Shown here piece after piece: positions 24,620 through 36,980 of a stretch of 64,000 nucleotides of DNA. The DNA comes from Octopus bimaculoides (lineage: Eukaryota), in contig NC_068995.1 of the NCBI RefSeq assembly GCF_001194135.2, forward strand, positions 11,939,952 to 12,003,951, in the 5' to 3' direction. The first letter of the stretch is position 1. Each line of letters starts with the position of its first letter. The notes under the pieces were generated by a model, which worked only from the letters and a program-made list of their open reading frames with translations, was not told where the DNA came from and searched no databases. Both the position numbers and the translations under genes were made by a program.

Positions 24620-25109
24620 ACAGATGCCCTCACACTGTGTGTGTGTAAGGAAGAGATGAATATCTCTGGTAAATTTCTTTTTGTCAGTGTCTTATTCATG
24701 AACGTAGACAGAAAACACAAGTGGATAGAAAGCCTGATATGAACGAAGGAACGAAAGAATGACACGAGAAAGAAATTTTAAGCGTATGAATTCGAAATCA
24801 CCAGAGATGCTTGTGAATGGCGTGTTCTGACTGTAAAATGTGACAGATTCACTTCTCATTCAATTAAATATCAAACAAAATTATTAATAACATATTATTA
24901 GATTGTATTGTATTATATTATGACTATATTATTGTGTGTTCTTGTGTATCAGTTTATTTTATATTAAGTTCATGTGTTAATAATAATAATAATAATAATA
25001 AGATGAATAATAATATAAATAGATTCTCGTATTTTACACATTGCAGTATAATTCATCGGCCATGTTAATTGATTTGAATTTTACTTGTTTTATTATTATT
25101 ATTATTATT

Positions 25110-25427
25110 GACGGACCGCAGTGGTCATGTGCTCTACGATTCCAAAGAGATGAGGTCAGTGTTCCGGCACCATTTCACCGACCTGTCTTCGAGGAGTGGC
25201 ATTCTTGACACAGCGGGCTTTGAGGCTCACCTCGAGGGTATGCCGATCCTATCGGACAAGGATATCGAAAGAAGCTCATTTCAGTGGAGGAAGTGGGAGA
25301 TGCACTGGACGGCTGCTTGGCGCGCAACCCACCAGGAGTGGATGGTCTGCCCTATAAATTATATGTCTACATATCTGGCTTGTTTTCTCCAGTTTTAATA
25401 GCTGTCTACTGCTCCTGGCAAACAGGA
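25110..25427 (+). pseudogene. Tx1/L1-clade LINE ORF2 fragment (pre-RT region)
   Basis: DRSGHVLYDSKEMRSVFRHHFTDL ... EEVGDALDGCLARNPPGVDGLPYKLY ... AVYCSWQTG; corresponds to the KSPGxDGLPxExY motif. Confidence 0.8.
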
Positions 25428-25453
25428 TTATTATTATTATTATTATTATTATT

Positions 25454-26009
25454 GTTCAGTAGTTTTATTTTTATAACGTGCTTTCACTTCACTACCGAGC
25501 ACAGCTCTGTGCGCCTTGGGTATGTGCTGTGGTTTGCTGTGGTGCTTTTATGTTTACTGTATTGAAAGTGTTTTGCGTAGAATGTGTGCAGTACCCAGTA
25601 GTGCAATTTTCTGTATGTTACATATATTTGTAAGTCCTGGTATTTTTGTTATGTGTTTGTCTGAGTATTTTTTAATTATACCTAAGGCACCTACTATGAT
25701 AGGAATTGTTTCTGTTTTTAGACTCCACATTCGAGTTATCTCTATTTCCAGGTCTTTGTATTTTGAAAGTTTTTCCATTTCTTTTCGAGAAACGTTGTCA
25801 TCTGCTGGTATTGATACATCAATTAGAAAGCATTTTTTTCCTTCATGATCTTTGACAACTATATCTGGTCTATTTGCCTTAATTTACAACTATATCTGGT
25901 CTATTTGCCTTAATTTACAACTATATCTGGTCTATTTGCCTTAATTGACAACTATATCTGGTCTATTTGCCTTAATTTACAACTATATCTGGTCTATTTG
26001 CCTTAATTT
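25454..26009 (-). mobile_element. 5'-truncated R4/Dong-like non-LTR retrotransposon (restriction-like endonuclease end plus 3' UTR)
   Basis: IKANRPDIVVKDHEGKKCFLIDVSIPADDNVSRKEMEKLSKYKDLEIEITRMW..IVGALG..LLGTAHILRK, stop at 25554, about 100-bp UTR, then (TAA)n; PD..D..K-type motif. Confidence 0.85.
25855..26009. repeat. Five tandem copies of a 31-bp unit
   Basis: acaactatatctggtctatttgccttaatt(t/g) starting at 25855, 25886, 25917, 25948 and 25979. Confidence 0.97.
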
Positions 26010-26011
26010 AC

Positions 26012-26016
26012 TATTA

Positions 26017-26081
<65 letters not shown>

Positions 26082-26085
26082 CATT
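26012..26085. repeat. (TTA)n microsatellite flanking the LINE 5' junction
   Basis: Direct reading; a matching (TTA)n tract lies at 25428-25453. Confidence 0.95.
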
Positions 26086-26096
26086 AAAGCTGGCAA

Positions 26097-26310
26097 AAGG
26101 CGAGCTGGCTGAGTTGTTAGCTCGCAAGGACAAAATGTTCAGCCGCATTTCACCCGTCCTTACGTTCAGATTTCAAATGCCACCAAAGTCGACTTTGCGT
26201 CTCATTCCTTTAGGGTCGAAGAAATGAGTACTAGTCCGGTACTAGGGTGATTACGACCGACTATCCCCACCCCCAAATTTCAGGCCTTGTGCCTATACTA
26301 GAGGAATTGA
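26097..26310 (+). mobile_element. Family A SINE
   Basis: aggcgagctggctgagttgttagc ... gtcgactttgcgtctcattcctttagggtcgaa ... caggccttgtgcctata. Confidence 0.8.
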
Positions 26311-26451
26311 TTACAAGCGGCACAATGTTACCGAGCCGTACAAAATGATTACTGTCATTTGTTCCTTTTGAGTTCAAATCCCAAAATTGCAGGTCTTGTG
26401 CCAAAACTTGAAACCATTACCGTGAACATGTTACTTAAATATCATGTCCAA

Positions 26452-26642
26452 CATAGGCACAAGGCCTGGAATTTGGGGGATTGAGTTGATTACATCGACC
26501 CCAATGCTTAACTGGTACGTACTTTATCGACCCTTAAACGATGAAGGATAAAAATCTACCTCGGCGGAACTTGAACTCGAAACGTAAAGAAAGACAAAAT
26601 ACCGCTAAGCATTTTGCCCGGCGTGCTAACGCTTCTGCCAGT
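26452..26642 (-). mobile_element. Family A SINE
   Basis: aggcacaaggcctggaattt ... accgctaagcattttgcccggcgtgctaacgcttctgccag. Confidence 0.85.
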
Positions 26643-26667
26643 ACTCTACCTTTAATGTTACTGAATA

Positions 26668-26814
26668 ATGGTCTCAGATTTTGGCTCAAGATCTCAAATT
26701 TCGAGGGATGGAATAAGTCAATTATACCGACCTCAGAGCTCAACTGGTATTGTTTTATCGATTCCGATAGAGGAAATGCTAAGTTAAACTCGAAGGAATT
26801 TGAACTCAGAACGT
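26668..26814 (-). mobile_element. Family A SINE, 5' truncated
   Basis: ggtctcagattttggctcaag ... ctcaactggtattgttttatcga ... gaatttgaactcagaacgt. Confidence 0.7.
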
Positions 26815-27486
26815 AGTGTTGATAATGCTTTGATAAATACATGAATGTTTTGTTTTATAAAAAAAAATATGAATAAATTTCATGGATTACGCAGTGAATA
26901 TTTAACAACGATGTAATTATTCCATAGTTACCTCCTAGAGGTCGCTTTGAGAGAATATTATATCTATGAGTTTCCTAACAGCAGTGTCGCGGTGGAAAAA
27001 CTCAAGTACGAACCTGAGATATTTCAAATCATATTCAAACAAATTATTGACGCAACCAACGGTGGCTTTTCGAGGTCCTCAGCTGTTCCGTTTACTAATT
27101 TAACAATTAACCTCCCTGAATGCACAAAGTTAATAAAAAACAAACAAAAAAGCTAATATAATTCGTCTCTGTTAAAATACATAGGATTAGATTAGTGCAG
27201 AATCTTTCAGTTAATCCTATAATTAAGCATAAACTTCAAACAAACAATTACTTCCGTCATTATCGTTAACAAAAACTGTTTAAAATATGTGAACGAAATA
27301 ATAACTAAATAAATTATTATTTCTCGAATTATAAGAAAATGTAATTAGACTGAAAAAGAAAATAAAGATGGAAAGCATATGCTTTTTCAATTAAGTAGAT
27401 CGCGCGTCTTATGACATATATTGAGAATCACTAACGAAATTTAATCACACGTTCATTTTGTGGGTATATGTGTGTGTATAAGTACA

Positions 27487-27877
27487 TGTTGTTGTTGTTG
27501 GTACTCTGTCGGTTACTACGACGAGGGTTCCAGTTGATCCGATCAACGGAACAGCTTCCTCGTGAAATTAACGTGCAAGCGGTTGAGCACTTCACAGACA
27601 CGTGTAACGTTAACGTAGTTCTCAGGGAGATTCAGCGTGACATAGAGTGTGACAAGACTGGCCCCTTTGAAATACAGGTACAACAGAAACAGGAAGAAAG
27701 AGTGAGAGAAAGTTGTGGTGAAAGAGTACAGCAGGGTTCGCCACCATCCACTGCCGGAGCCTCGTGGAACTTTAGGTATTTTCGCTCAATAAACACTCAC
27801 GATGCCCATTCTGGGAATCGAAACCGCGATCCTACGACCCCGAGTCTGCTGCCCTAACGACTGGGCCATTGCGCCTC
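27487..27877 (-). mobile_element. Family E tRNA-derived SINE, full length, (CAA)n tail
   Basis: Minus strand head gaggcgcaatggcccagtcgttaggg (A box) and ggtttcgattccc (B box); tail ends gagtaccaacaacaacaac. Confidence 0.85.
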
Positions 27878-28169
27878 AACACATGTACTCATGCACACAC
27901 ACAAACATACATTATATCTCTTTTAAAGTTATCTCTGGAGATATTCTGTAGAAATTAGAGCCTGCACTGAATGTTTACGACGTTTCGTATACGAATACTC
28001 AGTGTATACAATGCGATCGACAATAGAAAAATAGGTAATGGATATATATATATATATACATATAATTTTTAATTATATTAAAGGGTATACGAGTATTCGT
28101 TTTGAATATTTACCCATTTACGTATGTACGTATATATAAATGCTAAATTTCCTTCAAAAAGTAAATATG

Positions 28170-28350
28170 ACATATACTTTGAATTCCTTTGGTGTGAGGT
28201 AAACAAGGTCTACGTTGTAACTTCGCGATTGCAGAAACGTGTTTGTTTATTTTTAGAATGACATTGTACGTAATGTGTGAGAGGCGAGATCTGTTCCGTT
28301 TAAACGTCTAACACAGGAAATATTTGAGTTGGATATAGCCGGTTGACATG
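28170..28350. mobile_element. Possible non-autonomous DNA transposon end (piggyBac-like)
   Basis: Ends ggatatagccggttgacatgctgaagggcaa, resembling a CCC-starting terminal repeat; the family is recalled, not verified, and the partner end was not found. Confidence 0.25.
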
Positions 28351-28439
28351 CTGAAGGGCAAAACAAGGATATATTTGACAGTGTTGTTGTCCCTGCCATA
28401 TTAAAAAAATATATAACAGAACCAAAAGAAAAAACACAG

Positions 28440-28520
28440 GTATTTCAAATGCTCGTGGCTGTAACAGCTTTGATCAAATGTCTGCTCGATCCGGGGGTGA
28501 CCTCGAACTAAACACCAATC
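28440..28520 (+). mobile_element. Family D repeat 3' part
   Basis: gctcgtggctgtaacagctttgatcaaatgtctgctcgatccgggggtgacctcgaactaaacacc. Confidence 0.4.
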
Positions 28521-29421
28521 GCAAAACAACAGCAGAAATGGCACCAGAAAATCTAAATGCTTTAGCTGTAGATACACAATACACGCTTGAGTGCTACGTT
28601 GCGCCTTATGTAATCTTCTCAAAACCTTCACTACGGAATAATTCATTTGAATAGCGAGTCAGTTTATTGGAAGTGAAGTAATAAGCATGTGTAGAAAACA
28701 GCTAACTCTATAAGAATAAACGCGCCTATATGCAGAAGACNNNNNNNNNNNNNNNNNNNNNNNNNNNNNNNNNNNNNNNNNNNNNNNNNNNNNNNNNNNN
28801 NNNNNNNNNNNNNNNNNNNNNNNNNNNNNNNNNNNNNNNNNNNNNNNNNNNNNNNNNNNNNNNTATATATATATATATGTATATATATGAGAATTGAGAA
28901 TGTTCGTGTGTGTTTGTGCATGTACGCAAACACACTCGTGCATACTTTCATGTAATTACCGTTGCACGTATGCATACGAAGATAACATCACAACTTACAA
29001 ATTCGATCCATTAGCAGAAGCATAAAACTGTGTTAAGCTCTTTTATATATTCCTCCTTTGATTTATCCGGGTTTTTGTTGTATGAATGTTAACAAAGGAA
29101 GTTTTTCTTTCTAAGCAGCGGAGTTTCACTCACTTATCAAATAGAAAGGCAAAGAGTGAGATAAATATTAATGTGTAAAAGAAATCACAGAGCGGACGCA
29201 TACATGTTTGTCACATAGATATACGTACAATACATTTAAACACACTCCACCACACACATAAATGCGTATATACACGCATATATATATCCTCGAATATTTA
29301 TGTATATATATATATATATATAATATATATATGCAAGTATATATACATACATATGTGTATATATATACATATATATATATATATGCAAGTATATATATGT
29401 GCGTATAATATATACACATGC

Positions 29422-29464
<43 letters not shown>

Positions 29465-29500
29465 AATAAAAGCACACACACATTTTTATATATACACCAA

Positions 29501-29546
<46 letters not shown>

Positions 29547-30406
29547 TATCCACACACGTATATGTTTACGCAGATTGGAAGCACACACTCAGAAAGCAGG
29601 CATTTGCATCGCAGGTTTTTGTCACACTTTTAAAAATCTTTCCCTGATTAAGCGATGCAATTGATCCGAAGATAGAAGAAGAAAAATAATACCTGAGCTG
29701 TGATAATCATTGCACATGTCCCCATGACGTTGAAAATTCACGGATCACTTATTGCAAACGCCATTTAGAGTATCAAACTTTTGCCATTAATCACCACAAG
29801 TAAACAAGCAGAAAAATATTGACCTTTTCCTCAACTTTCATTTACCGCACCTAAAAAGGTCATTAGAGGCAGTTATTTTCTCAGCATGTGCATATTTGAA
29901 ATACTAAATACTTGACATATATTGAAGAAAGAGAGCAGAAACTTTTATATTTTGCTTGGGATTTTTAAAGATTTGCTTTAGAGTTTTGTTTCACTTTTGC
30001 TATTCCTTATAGTTTAAGATGCATGCTTCCCTCTCGAACGACCGCCTTTAAATATATCAAGCAAGCATAGCTGTGTCATTACAACTTAAACTCTTTAATA
30101 TTTGTTGTTCTTGCCTCTTCTTGTTTTCCCAGGAATGCACTTATCCTTGTTTAAGGTTTCATAGTTTTTCGTTTTCTTGTTTTTTTTTTTTACATATATA
30201 TTATTATTTTGTTGTCGAAGTTGTAGTAGGTTTTGATCCGGGGAAAAGAGTCTTACGTAGAAAGAATATGTGATTAGAACCTTGAATGTACGTATGTATG
30301 TATGTATGTATGTATGTATGTACGTACACATGCATGTATCTATCTGTCTGTCAATCTATCTATCTATCAATCTATCTATCAGTCAGTCTATCCTCCTCTC
30401 TCTCTT

Positions 30407-30437
<31 letters not shown>

Positions 30438-30456
30438 CTCTCTCTTTCACTCTCTA

Positions 30457-30549
<93 letters not shown>

Positions 30550-30962
30550 ATATACGTATATGTATATACTAGATACACACACACAGAAACACACACCTAT
30601 ATATATATATCAATACATTGACACACACAAATATCCATGCCTATATATAAACGTCTGTATAGAAGTATAAGGTGTGAGTTGGAATGGGTGAAAGTAAGAA
30701 AGAATAAGAAAGAGAGCGAGATTGTGTAAGGATGTATGTATGTATGTATGTAGGTAGGTAGTTACACACCTATGTATGTATATATGTGTTAACATAAACC
30801 TTATATATATATATATATATATATATAAGCTTTATGTTAACATCCGCTGGGCATCTAATTTCCGAAACTGTGCACAGTTTCTCCTTATCCCAAATCATTA
30901 TATCAGGTCTGTTGTGCATACATTTGTGGAAAAATTTGAAACTATTGATGTTGTTATGGTTT

Positions 30963-31181
30963 AAGGCTGCGAGCTGGCAGAATCGTTTACACGCCGGGCA
31001 AAATGTTTATCGGTATTTCGCCCATCATTACGTTCTGAGTAAAAATTCCGCTGAGGTCGACTTTGCCTTTCATCCTCTCGGGGTCGAGAAATTGAGCACC
31101 TGTGAAACACAGATCGATGGTGTCGACTAGGCCCCTCCCCACAAATCTCAGGCCTTGTGCCTATAGTATAAATGATTATCA
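30963..31181 (+). mobile_element. Family A SINE, full length, with TSD
   Basis: A-box-like tggcagaatcg, body gtcgactttgcctttcatcctctcggggtcgag; flanks ttgttatggttt (30951-30962) and ttgttacggttt (31182-31193). Confidence 0.9.
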
Positions 31182-31289
31182 TTGTTACGGTTTGAGGTTA
31201 TTTTTGCTAGCATTATCATGCATACGTTGTTCCACTTGATTTCTGTCATTCCAAAAATTGTTATACTCTTCCAGTCAATCTGTCAGAAG

Positions 31290-31399
<110 letters not shown>

Positions 31400-32069
31400 T
31401 ACTCACACACAAGCACAAACGAATTTATGTGTGTGTGCGTGCGCACGTGTGTTTGTACTCTTAAAGTTCACTGAGAATCAACACTATCAAATTAATAAAG
31501 ATTTTATAACTTTTCAGTTTTTCTTTGATTCTATTTTCCATTCACATATATGTTAATTCATAGCTAAATGATCACGCATGGGCAACCCAGATCTCCCAAT
31601 TACATTTGCATGACACGAAACAATTAATTTACCAGGTTCTTTCGTGGTAAAAAATATGTTTAGTTCAAAAGTTTAGTTCAAAATACATATCTACAGCCTC
31701 AAGAAAGCTTTCAACAGTTGGCATCACTAGAATTCGGCATTCGGTCTTGTTTGCTACTATAGCAATTTGCTAGGTGCTTATATAAAACAATCCCCTTTTT
31801 ATCTGACCTCTGATATTTAGTTCAAAGTTCCCCTGGTACACTTTTGGAGATGCGATGGTTTAGGAAATTAGCTAGAAAATTTGACGCAGCCCCTGTCGTG
31901 TTTCAACATGCGCTTGCAAATGATTTAGAAATAAAGTGAGACTCCATTATGTACTCTAGTACTCTAGTATTCTCTAGAGAGGTCTTTGGAGATCTTCTCA
32001 AGTGACATGCAGTGTGCGAGACCTAGCTAATGGGGGTTTCATTATCGAAATAGTATGATAAAGTTAGTT

Positions 32070-32278
32070 AATGCGGCCAGCTTGCAAAACCGTTAGAAAG
32101 ACGGGCAAAATGCTTAGCGATAGTTCGTCTGTCTTTACGTTCTGAGTTCCACCGAGGTTGACTTTGCCTTTTAACAACCTTTCGGAATCGATAAAATAAG
32201 TACCAGTCGAGTACAATGTAATCGACTTACTCCACCCGTTAAATTGCTGATCTTGTGTGAAAATGTGAAACTAGTATA
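32070..32278 (+). mobile_element. Family A SINE
   Basis: gcaaaatgcttagcgatagttcgtctgtctttacgttctgagtt ... gataaaataagtaccag. Confidence 0.8.
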
Positions 32279-32984
32279 AATTTACTTAACTGGGTGCAAA
32301 CCGGAACCTCAATACGATATCAATCCAAGAAGATACACGACACAAGAGATAATAAAATATTGCTGGTGACTCACGCATTGGTACCTGCTAAAAGTGAGAC
32401 ATCTGATCAAAGATTGTTTGTCATATTCAAGAAAGTGCACGTACAACGTAACCCTTCAAGTATTACTGGCAATATTGAATTGATATAACAAAGTCTAATT
32501 TAAAAGTATTCTTTGGTGGCAGATTTTGGATCCCTAGAGTCTTTGACGTACAATTTAGGAACCCATGAACAGCGATTCATTATTTTATTCATCTCACAAA
32601 CCACGAAGCATTTAATAGTGTTTCGGGAGAAAAAAACTGCGGAATCGGAACATTAATTTGCGGATACTCGAACAGAAAACGGAAAAACATTATTATTTAT
32701 ACTGGAGTGGAATGTCATCATGAGAATATTGCAGAAAACGGAAAAATGTAATTGAGGAAAAGCATTGTAAAGAAAACAAACTGATCGGTATATAATCGCC
32801 AAAAATATTTATTTTCATCCGTCAACTCATATAAATGAAATGGTAGAAATTGTGAGAAAATAAATATACTGTAAATAAGTACGAGAAATACAACCATCAG
32901 TGATGCAATGAATGGAAGGAATATAACCGAGATTCTTAATGCTACAAATATTTGTTTTAAAGTCTGACATAAAGTGAATAATAC

Positions 32985-33052
<68 letters not shown>

Positions 33053-34324
33053 NNNNNNNNNNNNNNNNNNNNNNNNNNNNNNNNNNNNNNNNNNNNNNNN
33101 NNNNNNNNNNNNNNNNNNNNNNNNNNNNNNNNNNNNNNNNNNNNNNNNNNNNNNNNNNNNNNNNNNNNNNNNNNNNNNNNNNNNNNNNNNNNNNNNNNNN
33201 NNNNNNNNNNNNNNNNNNNNNNNNNNNNNNNNNNNNNNNNNNNNNNNNNNNNNNNNNNNNNNNNNNNNNNNNNNNNNNNNNNNNNNNNNNNNNNNNNNNN
33301 NNNNNNNNNNNNNNNNNNNNNNNNNNNNNNNNNNNNNNNNNNNNNNNNNNNNNNNNNNNNNNNNNNNNNNNNNNNNNNNNNNNNNNNNNNNNNNNNNNNN
33401 NNNNNNNNNNNNNNNNNNNNNNNNNNNNNNNNNNNNNNNNNNNNNNNNNNNNNNNNNNNNNNNNNNNNNNNNNNNNNNNNNNNNNNNNNNNNNNNNNNNN
33501 NNNNNNNNNNNNNNNNNNNNNNNNNNNNNNNNNNNNNNNNNNNNNNNNNNNNNNNNNNNNNNNNNNNNNNNNNNNNNNNNNNNNNNNNNNNNNNNNNNNN
33601 NNNNNNNNNNNNNNNNNNNNNNNNNNNNNNNNNNNNNNNNNNNNNNNNNNNNNNNNNNNNNNNNNNNNNNNNNNNNNNNNNNNNNNNNNNNNNNNNNNNN
33701 NNNNNNNNNNNNNNNNNNNNNNNNNNNNNNNNNNNNNNNNNNNNNNNNNNNNNNNNNNNNNNNNNNNNNNNNNNNNNNNNNNNNNNATATATATATATAT
33801 ATACATACACGCACACATATATATATATACATATATATATTTTCGAAGTATCTCGAAGCACAGATATAAAGCTATAAATGATATATAAATATTGGGGTGT
33901 AAACGCATTTTGGATTGATAAAACGGCAGTAGCCATGGTGTAGTTTATTAATACACGTTGTGCTACAAACAGCAGGAGGAGATTAAGTGCACAGAACACA
34001 CAATCCGTATAACTGACAGCAGAAAGCTATAACTATGATACAAAGTATTTACAACTACAAACGACCTTGAAATAACGTGTTTTGTCTGAGGAGGAAAAAG
34101 AGAATCATTTGGCTTCATTCGAAAATTGTTTCTGTCTGTACCACCAAATCTATGAGTGGCTTTTCTTTCTTCTTACATTTTCCCCCTCTAGCACCATCTA
34201 TAACTTATTTAAAATGAAAAGAATACTTTGTGTAATTTAATTAATTAATTCATTATATGCTCTTGCATTATATCTATCTATCTATCTATCTATCTATCTA
34301 CCTATCTATCTATCTATTTCTCTC

Positions 34325-34370
<46 letters not shown>

Positions 34371-34445
34371 NNNNNNNNNNTCTCTCTCTCTTTGCACTCT
34401 GTCTTCTCTTTCTCTTTCTCTCTCATGTTCTCTCTCTCTCTCTCT

Positions 34446-34490
<45 letters not shown>

Positions 34491-34569
34491 TTCAAATGTA
34501 GAGAAACGAAACGACAGAGATATATGCGTGAACCACAAGCATATGTATTAGTTCGTCGTTGGGGAAAAG

Positions 34570-34615
34570 TGGAAAGTCTTAGACGTTCAGATCCTACGCA
34601 CTTCGACAGAAACTG
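34570..34615 (-). other. Family G-like repeat with decayed hammerhead-like core
   Basis: Minus strand CUGUCGA A GUGC GUAG GAUC U GAAC GUCUAAGACUUUC; homologous to 49762-49810. Confidence 0.3.
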
Positions 34616-34826
34616 AAAGGTATGAGAGGTAAAAAGATGGAGAAAGAGAGAAAAATTCGGAGAGAGAACTAATTCGTATCAGAACTAACTAAAGGTTTCG
34701 TATTTTGAAATGACCACACACACACACACAAACACACACATACACACACATGCATACATACATCAATACATACTTGCGTACCTACCTACATACATACATA
34801 CATACATACATACATACATACATACA

Positions 34827-34857
<31 letters not shown>

Positions 34858-35759
34858 GTTTCGAAAGTATATGTTCGACTCTGAAGAAGTACAAAATGTT
34901 TAAAGAAGACAGTTCAGGAACTTTAAATTCTTAATATATATTAGATTTTGAATGCCTAAAGAGCATATGTATTTGCGCCAAGCACATATGATAGCGCTTT
35001 GGAGAGAAAGGGAAACCAAAAATTCACGGAATATATATATATATATATANNNNNNNNNNNNNNNNNNNNNNNNNNNNNNNNNNNNNNNNNNNNNNNNNNN
35101 NNNNNNNNNNNNNNNNNNNNNNNNNNNNNNNNNNNNNNNNNNNNNNNNNNNNNNNNNNNNNNNNNNNNNNNNNNNNNNNNNNNNNNNNNNNNNNNNNNNN
35201 NNNNNNNNNNNNNNNNNNNNNNNNNNNNNNNNNNNNNNNNNNNNNNNNNNNNNNNNNNNNNNNNNNNNNNNNNNNNNNNNNNNNNNNNNNNNNNNNNNNN
35301 NNNNNNNNNNNNNNNNNNNNNNNNNNNNNNNNNNNNNNNNNNNNNNNNNNNNNNNNNNNNNNNNNNNNNNNNNNNNNNNNNNNNNNNNNNNNNNNNNNNN
35401 NNNNNNNNNNNNNNNNNNNNNNNNNNNNNNNNNNNNNNNNNNNNNNNNNNNNNNNNNNNNNNNNNNNNNNNNNNNNNNNNNNNNNNNNNNNNNNNNNNNN
35501 NNNNNNNNNNNNNNNNNNNNNNNNNNNNNNNNNNNNNNNNNNNNNNNNNNNNNNNNNNNNNNNNNNNNNNNNNNNNNNNNNNNNNNNNNNNNNNNNNNNN
35601 NNNNNNNNNNNNNNNNNNNNNNNNNNNNNNNNNNNNNNNNNNNNNNNNNNNNNNNNNNNNNNNNNNNNNNNNNNNNNNNNNNNNNNNNNNNNNNNNNNNN
35701 NNNNNNNNNNNNNNNNNNNNNNNNNNNNNNNNNNNNNNNNNNNNNNNNNNNNNNNNNNN

Positions 35760-35840
35760 TGATCTTAGAAGATAACGGCAGACGAAATACCGCTAAACAT
35801 TTCGCCCGGCGTGCTAACGATTCTGCCATCTCGCCGCCCT
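35760..35840 (-). mobile_element. Family A SINE head (remainder lost in gap)
   Basis: gacgaaataccgctaaacatttcgcccggcgtgctaacgattctgccatctcgccgcc. Confidence 0.85.
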
Positions 35841-36574
35841 ATATACATACGAACATACATACATACATACATACATACATACATACATACATACATACAT
35901 ACATACATCGTTATATCCATTGTACTGTGACCTAGACAGATATGCATGCATGTGATTTCTAACATTATTCTTAATAGTTTTATTACAAAAAGCTGTAAAA
36001 GCTATGTTGCGGATGAAACTGTAAAGTGCCGTCCTAAATGTCTTGACGTCTAAATATCATGCGGCATAAATGTCTTGCAATATTGAGTTATGTCCATTTG
36101 TAGTTCTGCGTTCAATCCTCGATGGATTTGGCTTTTTTCTTTTATCTCGCCGTTTTCGATAAAATAATTAGTAATATCTCAAACTAGGTCGATTAATTGA
36201 TTATGTTTTCCCCTCGCTCACTTTTTCTCAATCACGCAGGGACTCTCTCTCACACACACATACGCACACACACACACACAGAAAATCTATATTGTTCTGT
36301 CAATATAAGGAATGATATTAAAGTTATGCCTGCGCATGATAGCCAAAACACGAAAACAAAGCCAAAAACGAAAGCTCATCGTTTGTAACTTAATAATCCT
36401 ATTAAGAGCGTTAACGAAATACAATATAACATCCTAGATAAATGTTAAATTTTCAATTAAATTAAATGGTCGATGTCATCGCCGATGAATGTAATAGTTG
36501 CATTGATGAGAAACAATCTTTGATCGAAGGAGCAACAGGAAGGATCAATTTCCAGAAAACCATATGAGGAATTG

Positions 36575-36770
36575 TTGGCGTAGTAGCTCATCCTGCTCGA
36601 AATAGCAGCCAAATCGGTTTAGAATTACAGCCTAGAATTCTTTAAAACAAGAACAGGAAAATGATATTGTATAATATAATCTGAGATAGAATGATAGGAA
36701 AAACCTGACATGGTCATGGCCGGAGTGATTTTACACATTATTAAGATCGACAGTGATAGACCTGGTCTTG
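36575..36770 (+). mobile_element. Family D interspersed repeat
   Basis: cctgctcgaaatagcagccaaatc ... catggtcatggccggag; related motifs at 1205-1340, 49330-49500 and about 61575. Confidence 0.5.
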
Positions 36771-36980
36771 CAACTGCTACAGAAATCGCATCGGTAGTTT
36801 GAATTTTTCTCTTGTCTTCTGTTTTTCTTTTGTTTGTTTATTTAACTCCAAGCTTGTACTGAGGTTCATTCTAGTAGTGACTATCCAGTCTTACTTCTCA
36901 GAAGCGTCATTTTAAACACAAGTCATATATATGTATATATATATATATATAAGGAAGACGGAAAACAGCCGATATCGAGT

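Noticed and set aside
26947-27156. 69-aa ORF with a possible acceptor ttcctaacag as a host exon
   Set aside because: No recognisable domain, convincing donor or partner exons; needs blastx or RNA-seq
27790-27877. tRNA gene (likewise 37259-37325 and 52095-52163)
   Set aside because: A and B boxes run straight into SINE bodies with no complete acceptor stem; these are SINE heads
32550-32700. HEQRFIILF as a mariner N-terminus
   Set aside because: Weak similarity, with no TIR or downstream motifs found
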